The notes: generated by a model not told the origin, from the letters alone. A DNA stretch of 64,000 nucleotides from an uncultured virus (IMG/VR IMGVR_UViG_3300014819_000515) (IMGVR_UViG_3300014819_000515); one strand, 5' to 3'. Shown: positions 48,920 to 58,303, counted from the first letter of the stretch. Translations and numbers: made by a program.

Positions 48920-49125
48920 TATCTAAATATGTAATATAAACCAACCACTAATGATGCTATTGATAGATTAATTAAAATTTTTTTAACTAAGAATTTTAAT
49001 TCACCTTTAATTCTACCATTTGATTGTTTAAAAAAATCTGATATTTTCATATAGGGATTAAAATATTTATCTGTATGATTAAATCTATTTACCTCTTTAC
49101 AAAGTTCTTCTATTCTTTTATCCAT
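48919..49125 (-). CDS. hypothetical membrane protein
   Basis: 68 aa with C-terminal TM. Confidence 0.55.
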   Translation of the reverse strand: MDKRIEELCKEVNRFNHTDKYFNPYMKISDFFKQSNGRIKGELKFLVKKILINLSIASLVVGLYYIFR

Positions 49126-49729
49126 TTACAAATACCTCTTTCAATATTAATTTTATTGCCGTTTCATTATAGTTAACGAACGGTGCATATTTGTCTATTC
49201 TTTTTGAGTGGATTGGCCAAACCACTTGTTCAACAATCTGTTTGTTCCAAGACTTACTATAAGATAACACTTTATTGAAAACGATTGCAGTTTCATAAGA
49301 TATTTTTTTTGACAAAACCAATTGAAAAAATCTAGGATGTTGTCCACCAAAACTGCTAAAACCATCATCAAAAGAAAGATGCTTAGCATTAAAATCATTA
49401 AAAATGTGGACACAATCACTTCTAAAATAATATTCAAAAGATTCATTGCGTTTCTTCCATTCTGTAAAAATATCTTGGCCATCATTTCTTATTAAACTCC
49501 CTACCCACTTGTTACTATCAGATAAAAAATTACTAACAAAAAAACCCAATATATCATCCTGATTATATCTGGTACTGAGCTTGTGAAAAAAATATCTATC
49601 ATTTCTTTTAGTAAAGGTATCTAGTTTACAATTAACTTTTCCTTCATATTTATGGTAGTCATAACTATCTGTTGTGAAGTGTAGTTTGACTGCCAAGTAA
49701 GTTTTAAATACTTCAAATCCACCATACAT
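49118..49729 (-). CDS. gp59: helicase loader gp59
   Basis: YLAVKLHFT..YDYHKY..FTKRNDRYFFHKL..KISYET. Confidence 0.92.
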   Translation of the reverse strand: MYGGFEVFKTYLAVKLHFTTDSYDYHKYEGKVNCKLDTFTKRNDRYFFHKLSTRYNQDDILGFFVSNFLSDSNKWVGSLIRNDGQDIFTEWKKRNESFEYYFRSDCVHIFNDFNAKHLSFDDGFSSFGGQHPRFFQLVLSKKISYETAIVFNKVLSYSKSWNKQIVEQVVWPIHSKRIDKYAPFVNYNETAIKLILKEVFVNG

Positions 49730-49730
49730 A

Positions 49731-49943
49731 TTATACCGGTAACTGGCCTGTCTTTGGTATATAATTTAAATTCTGTGCTTCTATTGTAATCTTATCTTTT
49801 AATGTTTTTGTAATCATAGGTGCTACTGTACCAGGATCTAATTCGTTTTCTTCACAATAACGTAATATAGCATCCATATAAGATATGCCTTTTCTCTCTT
49901 GCACTATCTTTTCTATTTGTAATGAAAATTCTTTTGAGTTCAT
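49731..49943 (-). CDS. gp33: late transcription coactivator gp33
   Basis: FSLQIEKIV..SYMDAILRYCEEN..LKDKITIEAQNLNY..LPV. Confidence 0.92.
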   Translation of the reverse strand: MNSKEFSLQIEKIVQERKGISYMDAILRYCEENELDPGTVAPMITKTLKDKITIEAQNLNYIPKTGQLPV

Positions 49944-49949
49944 AATATA

Positions 49950-49978
49950 ATTATATCATATATTATCAGGAATGTCAA
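49950..49978 (-). promoter_or_regulatory. consensus sigma70 promoter, leaderless gp33 mRNA
   Basis: TTGACA-N17-TATAAT with extended TG; ATG 6 nt after the -10. Confidence 0.8.
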
Positions 49979-49986
49979 GTAAATTC

Positions 49987-50184
49987 TTAGAACCAAGAAG
50001 TAATTAACAATAATACAAAAAGTATTATCATTATTAACATAAACTTAAATGCTATCTTTTCTTTACGATCAATCTCTGGTGATGCTTTTAACAATGTAAA
50101 TTGTGTATTATCGGAACGTATAACACCTATAATTGCTAATGCTAATAGTATTAATATAGTAGTAACAATAATTGTTTTTATCAT
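49987..50184 (-). CDS. 2-TM membrane protein
   Basis: 65 aa with two hydrophobic helices. Confidence 0.6.
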   Translation of the reverse strand: MIKTIIVTTILILLALAIIGVIRSDNTQFTLLKASPEIDRKEKIAFKFMLIMIILFVLLLITSWF

Positions 50185-50192
50185 AATTATAT

Positions 50193-50354
50193 TTAGTTTT
50201 TTTTAAATAATAGGTAGTGTTTTTTTTTAAGTTTATCTTTTAAATAATCTATAAAAGATTGACCTGATAAAAGATGGCCAGGTTTCTTATCAACTTGACC
50301 ACCTTTTTTAATATCAGATAACCATTTGTTTTCACAAGGGTTATATGGAAACAT
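50193..50354 (-). CDS. hypothetical protein
   Basis: Manual 53 aa MFPYNPCENKWLSDIKK. Confidence 0.5.
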   Translation of the reverse strand: MFPYNPCENKWLSDIKKGGQVDKKPGHLLSGQSFIDYLKDKLKKKHYLLFKKN

Positions 50355-50355
50355 A

Positions 50356-50694
50356 TTACTTACCGTTCTTTAGATTTGGAAAAAACGCTTTTACTGTGTT
50401 TTGATATGCTTCAGCATAAGGTTTTACCATTTCTTGAGCTTTCTGTATGTTCTCTTGCGTTTGTTTAATAACATCGCCGCTAGTAACAAATTCATTGAAT
50501 TGTTTTGCAATTTCAATAATATCTGTTGGTGTAACAGTTGGTGCTTTAAACTCTTGCACTACTTGGTCGCCGTCTTTTTTAATTGAGTATTCGTACTCTT
50601 TTACTTGAGCTTGAAAATTAAAATCAACGATATCTTTCGCTAATCCTAATAAGTCTGATCGGATTTCATATCCGTTTTTTGATGTTGTTGCCAT
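50356..50694 (-). CDS. hypothetical late protein
   Basis: ATG 50694 with AAAGGAG RBS; late promoter at 50730-50737; SKNGYEIRSDLLGLAK. Confidence 0.75.
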   Translation of the reverse strand: MATTSKNGYEIRSDLLGLAKDIVDFNFQAQVKEYEYSIKKDGDQVVQEFKAPTVTPTDIIEIAKQFNEFVTSGDVIKQTQENIQKAQEMVKPYAEAYQNTVKAFFPNLKNGK

Positions 50695-50776
50695 TGTTTT
50701 CTCCTTTGTGTGTGTGTTAATAGCATTTCTATTTATAAGACTAGACACCTTATTGTATCTAGTCTATATAAATTCT

Positions 50777-50938
50777 TTAATTACTTTTTTTTTCTACACC
50801 ATCAGCATTTTGATCTACATTTTTTTTATACCAATCTACTGATTTATCTTTTGCTGATTTTATATCTGATTGTATACCAGATACAGTGTTACATGCAGTT
50901 AAGGATAATATAACAAAAATACTCAATACTCTTATCAT
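50777..50938 (-). CDS. entericidin (EcnA/B)-like small lipoprotein
   Basis: Manual: MIRVLSIFVILSLTACNTVSGIQSDIKSAKDK..; lipobox LTAC followed by NTVxGxxxDI. Confidence 0.65.
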   Translation of the reverse strand: MIRVLSIFVILSLTACNTVSGIQSDIKSAKDKSVDWYKKNVDQNADGVEKKSN

Positions 50939-50939
50939 A

Positions 50940-51089
50940 TTATTTCTTTACTGGAGCAACCGGTTGTGTAACAGCAGGTTTTGCTGGTGTTACATCTACC
51001 TTTTTAGAAGGTTTTATTAATGTGTAAAATCCTACAACTAAAACTAATACTACCACTGTAGCAATAGCTATATTTCTATAAGTAAACAT
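50940..51089 (-). CDS. small membrane-anchored Pro-rich peptide
   Basis: Manual 49 aa MFTYRNIAIATVVVLVLVVGFY..PAKPAVTQPVAPVKK; AAGGAG RBS; promoter TTGACA-N17-TATAAT at 51133-51161. Confidence 0.6.
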   Translation of the reverse strand: MFTYRNIAIATVVVLVLVVGFYTLIKPSKKVDVTPAKPAVTQPVAPVKK

Positions 51090-51165
51090 TATTTACTCCT
51101 TATTTTGTTNNNNNNNNNNTAATGTATATTATATTATATACTAATTTGATTGGTTTGTCAACCAG

Positions 51166-51360
51166 TTAAATTACTTTGGGACTTCTAGTGATATGGCCTA
51201 CAACGGTACCTTTATGTTCCCCTTCTTTTATGGTGTAACCTGACGTACCATTACCATTAATTTCAACTTCTTTTCTACTTCTCAATAGAATGTCGTTCTT
51301 TTCTTTTACTTGTTTATCCGTGTAGTTTTTGAATATTAAGTCTTTTAATCGTTCTATCAT
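51166..51360 (-). CDS. hypothetical protein
   Basis: MIERLKDL..EVEINGNGTSGYTIK; late promoter at 51366-51373. Confidence 0.65.
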   Translation of the reverse strand: MIERLKDLIFKNYTDKQVKEKNDILLRSRKEVEINGNGTSGYTIKEGEHKGTVVGHITRSPKVI

Positions 51361-51419
51361 AATATTATTTATATGAAGTTCCGACATATGAGGTATGTTC
51401 TTTTTGCATACCTTAAATA

Positions 51420-52100
51420 TTAAGGTTTTTGTTTATTATTGAAGTGTGTGTAAAAGTTCTCAACTGACTCAATCAGTTTCTTTTCATAGTCGGCTTTGTC
51501 TTTAATGAAACACTGAGCAACACCATCTTCACAGGCCAATAAAACAACAATCTGTTCTATCTTCTGATTAAATAATTCTTCATACATCATAGCATAGGCC
51601 GTTGTTTGTAAGAAGTAATTTTCAATCCAACCTTCTTCTCTTTCTTTATTAGCAGATTTAAAATCTATAACTGATAATTTACCATTGTAATCGGCTACAC
51701 AGTCTACCTGACCAGCAAGTGTAAGTTTTTTACTATACATAATTGCTTCAAGTAATCTGACGTTATCAATTTTATCTACGTATGGTTTGATGAGTTTAAA
51801 TAAACCTAAAGGTAATACATCACGTATTGAAGGCGTTTGGTTTTTCATATACTGTTCTACCAAAGTGTGCATAGCCTTGCCTCGTCTGGATGCTCTACCC
51901 ATTTCCCAATTGGCAACTGACTCGCCAACATTATTACGCCATTCTTGTAATGATTCTTTTTTAAGTAAAGATAATACAGAAGTTACTGAAGGATAAGATT
52001 TACCATCTATCTCGTAAAATCTGGTGCCGTTTATGTTCTTGCCTTTTGTATTTGGTAATACACTTGTGTCTAAATTAATAAACTTAAATTCTCTTGTCAT
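51420..52100 (-). CDS. PD-(D/E)XK exonuclease (Cas4/RecB-like)
   Basis: YPSVTSVL..RGKAMH..AGQVDC..IDFKSA..YFLQ..AYA; promoter at 52109-52137. Confidence 0.9.
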   Translation of the reverse strand: MTREFKFINLDTSVLPNTKGKNINGTRFYEIDGKSYPSVTSVLSLLKKESLQEWRNNVGESVANWEMGRASRRGKAMHTLVEQYMKNQTPSIRDVLPLGLFKLIKPYVDKIDNVRLLEAIMYSKKLTLAGQVDCVADYNGKLSVIDFKSANKEREEGWIENYFLQTTAYAMMYEELFNQKIEQIVVLLACEDGVAQCFIKDKADYEKKLIESVENFYTHFNNKQKP

Positions 52101-52138
52101 ATTCTAATAATATATCATAATAAAGGTCGTTTGTCAAC

Positions 52139-52600
52139 CTAAATCATTGGTTCGTACTTCGTCTTACCGTTTTCTGTAAAGGCTCTTAGATATTGTTTTC
52201 TGCCTATAATATCACTTCGATAAGAACAATGCACCCAACCGCTATTTACATCTTCTGGTTTCCAAAATTCAAGTATGAGTTGGTCAAAATCCAAGTTTAA
52301 ATAAATCCAATCAGCCAGGTCTTTATTAGCAATACCACCTATTTCAAAATCCGCCGCCTGGCCCTTCGTATGTTGACTGGTCGTTGTTGAACCTATCTTA
52401 ACACAAAGTTCTGGTGATCTATAACCTGAAGTTATAATTAAAGGTTTACCAAAATGATCTCTTACTGGTTGTAAAATATTAACTGCCAATTGTTTTAAAT
52501 TATCTAAAGCTTCTTCAGTTGGTTCATTTGATATACCAAATCTTGTTGCTGATTCGCTTTTAGTTAATTCTTTAAGTGATACGTTTTCTGTTAAGTTCAT
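52139..52600 (-). CDS. peptidase M15A (Zn D-Ala-D-Ala peptidase, endolysin-like)
   Basis: ITSGYRS..SQHTKGQAAD..FDQLILE..WVHCS. Confidence 0.9.
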   Translation of the reverse strand: MNLTENVSLKELTKSESATRFGISNEPTEEALDNLKQLAVNILQPVRDHFGKPLIITSGYRSPELCVKIGSTTTSQHTKGQAADFEIGGIANKDLADWIYLNLDFDQLILEFWKPEDVNSGWVHCSYRSDIIGRKQYLRAFTENGKTKYEPMI

Positions 52601-52601
52601 A

Positions 52602-52997
52602 TTAGCCTCTTGTTAGTTTTAATATTTTATCTATTTGTGCCTTAATAATAGGGCCTCTATTTGGCCAATGTATATAAGGTTCGTCACTCTTACTTAAATT
52701 ATACAGAAAAGGTAATATTACTTTTTCAATATCTTTAAATCTTTTTAATGTATCTTCACTTGCTAATTCTTTTGTAATCGTTTCTTTTTCATTTACAATT
52801 TCCATAATTTCATTCATCATAGATTTAATTGATGATACATCTGATTTAATTTTAGATAGTTCTACGTTATTAGTCTCTATAACTTTAGGGTCTATTGATG
52901 GCGCTGCAGCTGCTGGTTTGTTTGTTACTGGAGTAAATCCAAAATCTTCATCTAAATCAAAGCCACGCATATAATCAGGAATATTATTGTCTACCAT
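52602..52997 (-). CDS. conserved hypothetical protein
   Basis: DFGFTPV..ILPFLYNL..YIHWPNR. Confidence 0.75.
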   Translation of the reverse strand: MVDNNIPDYMRGFDLDEDFGFTPVTNKPAAAAPSIDPKVIETNNVELSKIKSDVSSIKSMMNEIMEIVNEKETITKELASEDTLKRFKDIEKVILPFLYNLSKSDEPYIHWPNRGPIIKAQIDKILKLTRG

Positions 52998-53296
52998 TTG
53001 TTTTTCTTTCTATGTTTAGCTATTACTTGTTCAGTTTTAGACTGTTTAATAGTTTTTTTACCATATCTTTGCCCAAGTGGGCTAGCAGGATGTGCTTCTG
53101 CAATCCTAGACATATTTTCTTTCCAACCTTGGTCATTTTTATATGTAAGGCCGGCAACACCACCTACTATATTTAGTGTGGTAAATACTTGTCTTATGTT
53201 CTTATTCTTCAGTAAATAACTGTCTAATTCTGACATTGACATTTGTTCGGTATACTCTTTACCGGTTTTTAAATTTTCAAAACTATATATTGGCAT
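52991..53296 (-). CDS. FmdB-like protein lacking the Cys ligands
   Basis: MPIYSFENLKTG..GWKENMSRIAEAHP. Confidence 0.6.
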   Translation of the reverse strand: MPIYSFENLKTGKEYTEQMSMSELDSYLLKNKNIRQVFTTLNIVGGVAGLTYKNDQGWKENMSRIAEAHPASPLGQRYGKKTIKQSKTEQVIAKHRKKNKW

Positions 53297-53297
53297 A

Positions 53298-53705
53298 TTA
53301 TTTTTTAATATTTATCTTAGGACAAAAGATAACTTTACCAGTATTTTGATTTAAATGATTTACAGCTAGTTTATTAGTTTGCTTATCCATCAAATATGAG
53401 TTTTTAAGTTCATCAATATAACTGCCATCACTAAATTTTTGAGTACAGTAATAACGGTCAAAATTAATTTCACGAATTATGTGTGTAGTTGTTGTCTTAT
53501 CTTTTTCGAAAGATATAATTATAGGTTGGTTATTTGGTAAAGAAATTTCATTTTCATTTATTAAATAATTAGCATTTATAATTTTACCTTTATCATAATT
53601 TTCAATTACTCTAACTGTTACGGTCATTGTTGCTGAATTACTATTAGAATATGCTGAATTTGTTATTAACATAAAGATTACAAATTTAAAAAATATTTTT
53701 TTCAT
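53298..53705 (-). CDS. hypothetical secreted protein
   Basis: N-terminal signal-like sequence. Confidence 0.55.
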   Translation of the reverse strand: MKKIFFKFVIFMLITNSAYSNSNSATMTVTVRVIENYDKGKIINANYLINENEISLPNNQPIIISFEKDKTTTTHIIREINFDRYYCTQKFSDGSYIDELKNSYLMDKQTNKLAVNHLNQNTGKVIFCPKINIKK

Positions 53706-53715
53706 AATATTGTTG

Positions 53716-54288
53716 TTATATATATAACTCTTTTGTCTTTATTCCTTTTGAATACCATTCGGGTATTGGCCTTTTAGTCCATTTAGCAAAGTAATTTTTA
53801 GCAACGATATAATAATTGTAATATGAATGTAAACTATTATTTGGTACTATACAAAGTGGAAAATGACTCATAGCTGGTGGTGGATCAAAGAAAGGTACAT
53901 TAGGTATATTTAGTGGTGATATCGGAAGAACATCTTTTAGTTTTGAATATGTAGAATGTACTTTACCATAACGATATGTATATTCATGTGAGAGTGCGAC
54001 CCATAATTTTGCTGTGTATTGATAGTTGTTTACACTTTTTCTTACCCATATAGCTGATGGGTGGTTCATCATTGTTGATTTGTATAATATATTTTCTAAG
54101 TTTGAATTGAGTATATATCTTTTGTATTTACGGTTGTTAATTGTACGGCCATTTTGTTCAACCCCATCAAGAACTCTATGAGCAGTTGATAATAGTTGAG
54201 CATATTCTATAATCATTTTTACAACGTGTTTATCACAATGCATCTCGGCAGATTTTATAGGGTCTTTATCTAAGTAAAATATGTTCAT
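53716..54288 (-). CDS. pyrimidine dimer DNA glycosylase family protein
   Basis: MNIFYLD..HCDKHVVKMIIEYAQLLSTAH..NHPSAIWVR..EYTYRYGKVH. Confidence 0.8.
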   Translation of the reverse strand: MNIFYLDKDPIKSAEMHCDKHVVKMIIEYAQLLSTAHRVLDGVEQNGRTINNRKYKRYILNSNLENILYKSTMMNHPSAIWVRKSVNNYQYTAKLWVALSHEYTYRYGKVHSTYSKLKDVLPISPLNIPNVPFFDPPPAMSHFPLCIVPNNSLHSYYNYYIVAKNYFAKWTKRPIPEWYSKGIKTKELYI

Positions 54289-54830
54289 TTTATATATAAT
54301 CTTGCTAATGTTTTTTGATTACCTATATGTGAATCTTCTAATTTTTCTATTTTAAAAAGTTTAGATAATAAATCATAATATTGTTCTCTGCCAACATAAT
54401 CATGTATAAAAATTACTGAATTTTTTTTAGCTTTTGCTAATAATATTAGTGCTATTGTTACTCTTGCTAAACCATCTATAATAAACATATTAGCATTTAA
54501 TATTGTTTCATCCGGTAATATATAATCTTTTAAACCTGCCGGATTTTCTTCTCCTGTTCCGCCTATTGTGCGAATCAAATTTGTTTCTGGTTTATGAAAA
54601 TATGTATGATTTTTAAAAAGTTTTGTTTTATTTGATACTAAATCAAACCATGTTTTGTCATGTTCAATTGAAATCATAGATTGATCTTTTCTAAGATTTT
54701 TTAATAATTCTATTGTTGTGCCGCCACTTCCCCATTCTATTATTACAGAATTTTTAGGTAATAATTTTATATGTTCAACTAGTTTATCTATTTCTATTTT
54801 AGACATATAAGGTTTTATATCATTTTCCAT
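54285..54830 (-). CDS. class I SAM methyltransferase-like protein
   Basis: IEWGSGGTT, SIEHD..W, IIDGLAR, IHD. Confidence 0.8.
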   Translation of the reverse strand: MENDIKPYMSKIEIDKLVEHIKLLPKNSVIIEWGSGGTTIELLKNLRKDQSMISIEHDKTWFDLVSNKTKLFKNHTYFHKPETNLIRTIGGTGEENPAGLKDYILPDETILNANMFIIDGLARVTIALILLAKAKKNSVIFIHDYVGREQYYDLLSKLFKIEKLEDSHIGNQKTLARLYIK

Positions 54831-54979
54831 TAATGTATACCTTTTTTATATCTTTGACATAGTTTTTTCCAAACACCAAACCAAAATTTTTGTGCCCATT
54901 TAGAATCTGCTTTTTTACAAGCTCTAAATGCGTTATCTATTAGTTTTTGTTGTAATTTACTTGTAAGATTTAACTTCAT
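54830..54979 (-). CDS. small hypothetical protein
   Basis: Manual 49 aa MKLNLTSKLQQKLIDNAFRAC..WAQKFW; promoter TTGACA-N17-TATAAT at 54988-55016. Confidence 0.6.
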   Translation of the reverse strand: MKLNLTSKLQQKLIDNAFRACKKADSKWAQKFWFGVWKKLCQRYKKGIH

Positions 54980-55016
54980 ATTCTTTCATTATATCAAATT
55001 TAAGTTGTAATGTCAA

Positions 55017-55154
55017 CTATCTTGTTGGAAATGGTATACTTTTAAAAGTATCTACAATATTTTCTATTGGTGATTTTGGTGTATTGTTTGTATTAGTTGT
55101 AGTTGTACAATTTACCAAAAGAATTAATAGAAATATACTAAATATTTTTGTCAT
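55017..55154 (-). CDS. small lipoprotein
   Basis: Manual 45 aa MTKIFSIFLLILLVNCTTTTNTNNTPKSP; lipobox-like LVNC. Confidence 0.5.
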   Translation of the reverse strand: MTKIFSIFLLILLVNCTTTTNTNNTPKSPIENIVDTFKSIPFPTR

Positions 55155-56070
55155 CTTTTCCTTTCTTTTTCTTTTCTAAATCATAGATTTGATCTAATTT
55201 TACTTTAATTTCATCATCATCTAATCTTTTCAAATTATGTCTATATAATTCTTTTACCCAAACCTCATATTCTTTATCAATTTTTTGAGTTGTTTTTACA
55301 GTATTAATAGGAGTTGGATTATTTCTCAATTCTCTTTCTTTAAGAGATACGTTCACTGCAACCAACATTAATACAGCTAATGGGTCAAATACAAATAATA
55401 AACATATAATAACAAATCTTACTGCTCTATCTAGGTTACCATCATCAGCATCACCAAATAGTATTTCAGCAACATATTTAAATGGCCCTATTTCTTTATC
55501 TATTGATAATTGATTTTTATCATAGTTTAATTTTTGATTTGATAATTGTGTAATTTTATTAGATGAAGATGTTATAATGTTATTAGCACGGTTTCTTTCA
55601 TTTTGTTGTTTCTGTCTTTCAATTAAACCTTTATCAGCGTCTTTATCTATAACTTTATCAAGTGCCTTGTCAAGTTGGTCTACAATTTTTTGAGCACCTG
55701 TAATTGATTTCTTTTCAGATTCTATTTGTCTTTCAATATTCTTTACTAATAATCTATTGCCTGTATTGGGAGCTGATGTATCTAAGTGGGCCTTTGATAA
55801 AAAACCAAAGATACCAATAGAGGTTATAAACATTAACATTAATACGGCCGATAATAGATACATACGTATTGATTGTGGTAATAAGTCTAGTTTCCAATTA
55901 CGATATAACCAAGACACTGTTACCAATTTGGCCACTTCTAATGTGATACCCATTGTAATGACTGCCCAATAGGCACCAGCAAACAATGTAGCCAAACCTA
56001 ATATAGAATAATAAGCTCCTATAAAAGATACTGCAAGGCCTGATATTAATAATAATATAGTTAAAATCAT
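55138..56070 (-). CDS. multi-TM coiled-coil membrane protein
   Basis: AYYSILGLATLF..LEVAKLVT..TSIGIFGFLSKAH..VFDPLAV. Confidence 0.8.
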   Translation of the reverse strand: MILTILLLISGLAVSFIGAYYSILGLATLFAGAYWAVITMGITLEVAKLVTVSWLYRNWKLDLLPQSIRMYLLSAVLMLMFITSIGIFGFLSKAHLDTSAPNTGNRLLVKNIERQIESEKKSITGAQKIVDQLDKALDKVIDKDADKGLIERQKQQNERNRANNIITSSSNKITQLSNQKLNYDKNQLSIDKEIGPFKYVAEILFGDADDGNLDRAVRFVIICLLFVFDPLAVLMLVAVNVSLKERELRNNPTPINTVKTTQKIDKEYEVWVKELYRHNLKRLDDDEIKVKLDQIYDLEKKKKGKDDKNI

Positions 56071-56074
56071 TTAA

Positions 56075-56353
56075 TTATTTGTCTAGTCTATCTATTTCTT
56101 CTACTGTAGGTCGTTTAGGTACAATGATAAATTTTTCATTTGGTTTTTTTATGCCTAAAAATTTTAAAAATTGTTTTGTTTCATTTACAGCACACCTATC
56201 AAAATAATCAGCTGTCATTTTTGACACTGTCATTCCTTTAATAAATTCTTTTATCTGTTCTTTATAGTTTTTTGATAACCCACTTTTATAACCAAGATGA
56301 TAACTTAATCCTATAATTAGAATTGCTCCACTAAAAAATAGTACTTCGTTCAT
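56075..56353 (-). CDS. hypothetical membrane-anchored protein
   Basis: 92 aa with N-terminal TM. Confidence 0.6.
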   Translation of the reverse strand: MNEVLFFSGAILIIGLSYHLGYKSGLSKNYKEQIKEFIKGMTVSKMTADYFDRCAVNETKQFLKFLGIKKPNEKFIIVPKRPTVEEIDRLDK

Positions 56354-56490
56354 TGTTTCCCTTTTGTTTGTTTAAGTAATCTACCATAATTTGGCCAACC
56401 AAACTTATCATGTGACTCACCAACATATCTCCAACGTATTACACCAGTATCAGGATTTCTCTCGTATATTTTTGATCTTTCTTTTGTCAT
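56350..56490 (-). CDS. small hypothetical protein
   Basis: Manual 46 aa MTKERSKIYERNPDTGVIRWRYVGE; ATGA overlaps at both ends. Confidence 0.6.
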   Translation of the reverse strand: MTKERSKIYERNPDTGVIRWRYVGESHDKFGWPNYGRLLKQTKGKQ

Positions 56491-57188
56491 CTTTTAATTA
56501 CGATCTTTCCATCTTGTCTTAATTTTTTAATTATATTTATAACTTGCTGGTCATAGTCTTTTGTAGTGCTCCAACTATCAAGAGCTTTTGCTAATTCTAT
56601 AGCATCAACTTTACCATACCATTTGTTTTGTCTATCTCTTATTTTTCTAAATTCAGTATATGCCTGTTTAGTATTAAGGATTTTAATATAATCGCGGACG
56701 GAAGCACATTTTGTATTATATGATTTAACACGCCAAGATAATGTATCAGTATAACCGTGTGGTAATATACCTGCGTCTTTATTCCATACTCGTATACCAA
56801 ATAAATTATGTCCTTCACGAGCAAATCTACTTAGACCTGCGTTACTCTCAATAATGGCCTGTGCAATAATAAGATCGTCTGGTATTCTTTCGCCTTTATG
56901 TAATTCTAAATTAAGATAGGCGATACACTTTTGCATTGTTTTTATAAATTCTTCATCTGAACCAACCGTAATTCTTGGTTCTGCGAAGCCAATTTCTTTT
57001 GCCCATAAAATAGTTTTATCAGCAGCTTTTTCTTCTATGTTTATTTTAGATATATAATTAGGATAAAATGTACCAATACCAAAACCTATTAAACATATGC
57101 CGGCAATTGCCATTATCTGTCTAACGTGAAATCGTATCTTACGTGGCCAATGGTATTTAAAATACCACTTTAAAGGTCTGTGTTTCAT
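56487..57188 (-). CDS. GH73 glucosaminidase (Bax-like) with N-terminal TM
   Basis: IAQAIIESNAGLSRFAREGHNLFGIR..SVRDYIKILN..AYTEFR..WST. Confidence 0.88.
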   Translation of the reverse strand: MKHRPLKWYFKYHWPRKIRFHVRQIMAIAGICLIGFGIGTFYPNYISKINIEEKAADKTILWAKEIGFAEPRITVGSDEEFIKTMQKCIAYLNLELHKGERIPDDLIIAQAIIESNAGLSRFAREGHNLFGIRVWNKDAGILPHGYTDTLSWRVKSYNTKCASVRDYIKILNTKQAYTEFRKIRDRQNKWYGKVDAIELAKALDSWSTTKDYDQQVINIIKKLRQDGKIVIKR

Positions 57189-57529
57189 TATCGTTTACTT
57201 ATGATATACTCGTAATGATACTGCGAAGCATCTACTAACATACCATTATCTGTTTTTTCTAAGTATTTAACTTTAACTTTCTTCTGTAAGAATAATAAAC
57301 GATTATCGTTTAAATATTTTGACATAGTGCTAAATATTTTTTCTGATTCTCTTTGTGAAAAATTATTCAATACATCTTCCTGAAAGTGTCCTTCATAATA
57401 AACTTCTTTTTCACCTTTATTTTTAAACCAGGCAAATTCTTCTACTTTCTTTACTGCGTTTAATATGATTGGCTTTAGATACTCGTCTTTAAACTTTTTT
57501 GTTTTCTTTTCTTCATTCACTACGTTCAT
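57188..57529 (-). CDS. hypothetical protein
   Basis: 113 aa ORF. Confidence 0.65.
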   Translation of the reverse strand: MNVVNEEKKTKKFKDEYLKPIILNAVKKVEEFAWFKNKGEKEVYYEGHFQEDVLNNFSQRESEKIFSTMSKYLNDNRLLFLQKKVKVKYLEKTDNGMLVDASQYHYEYIISKR

Positions 57530-57547
57530 TATATATACTATGTTGTT

Positions 57548-57961
57548 TTATAATTTTAAACCTACACTTTTAAGTTTTGGTTTGAAACTATAAAATAGTT
57601 TGTTGTGGGCACCATTATCATTTATCTGTGTAAATTGATAAAGATGTACCATTTCGTGGGCTAACGTTTCCAAGAAATCTTTTTTATTATCGTATTTAAT
57701 ATCCATTTCTAATTTATGTACTCTAGTACCTTTTCTTTTGAAATCTAATTGAATTACTTGTCCCATACATCTTTGATATTTAAGTTCTTTAATTTCTATA
57801 TCGTTAAACGGTGATAATTTGTTATCAAATAATCCTTCGTTGAGTATTGTGAAAAACTTTTTAATATCTTTATATGTGGTTGAATATTTGTCTTTTGAAG
57901 ATAACAATGGCATAAGTTTCTTTTTAACTGCTAAAACTTTTCTTTTTGTTACCTTTATCAT
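57548..57961 (-). CDS. SprT-like zinc metalloprotease
   Basis: LAHEMVHLYQ..AHNKLF. Confidence 0.85.
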   Translation of the reverse strand: MIKVTKRKVLAVKKKLMPLLSSKDKYSTTYKDIKKFFTILNEGLFDNKLSPFNDIEIKELKYQRCMGQVIQLDFKRKGTRVHKLEMDIKYDNKKDFLETLAHEMVHLYQFTQINDNGAHNKLFYSFKPKLKSVGLKL

Positions 57962-57964
57962 ACA

Positions 57965-58303
57965 TTATTTACAATCGTCCTGTATTTTTGTATCCTTTAG
58001 TAAACTGCATTTATATGATTTGTCTGCTTCAAGTCTTAGTTCTGCGGCCGCTTTATCTAATATAGCGGGTAAGTACTTCTGCAATATATTGATACTATCA
58101 AGAGCAAACAAATGTGCAACTCGTGCCAGTTCTTGTTCCATCAATTTAGAGGCATCAACTGGTTGGCCAGATACCTTTTGTGTTATCACGTGGCCTATAA
58201 CAGCCGTATTATATTCACTAGCCTTAACCGATTTCATAAAAAGGGTTAAAAGGCCATACACTAGTAAACCTAGTATAGTGATATAAATTAAAAACTTCTT
58301 CAT
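57965..58303 (-). CDS. hypothetical exported protein
   Basis: N-terminal TM/signal, YNTAVIGHVI. Confidence 0.7.
   Translation of the reverse strand: MKKFLIYITILGLLVYGLLTLFMKSVKASEYNTAVIGHVITQKVSGQPVDASKLMEQELARVAHLFALDSINILQKYLPAILDKAAAELRLEADKSYKCSLLKDTKIQDDCK

Noticed and set aside
51420..52100. Cas4-like nuclease as part of a CRISPR system
   Set aside because: No array or other cas genes; a stand-alone exonuclease is common in T4-like phages.
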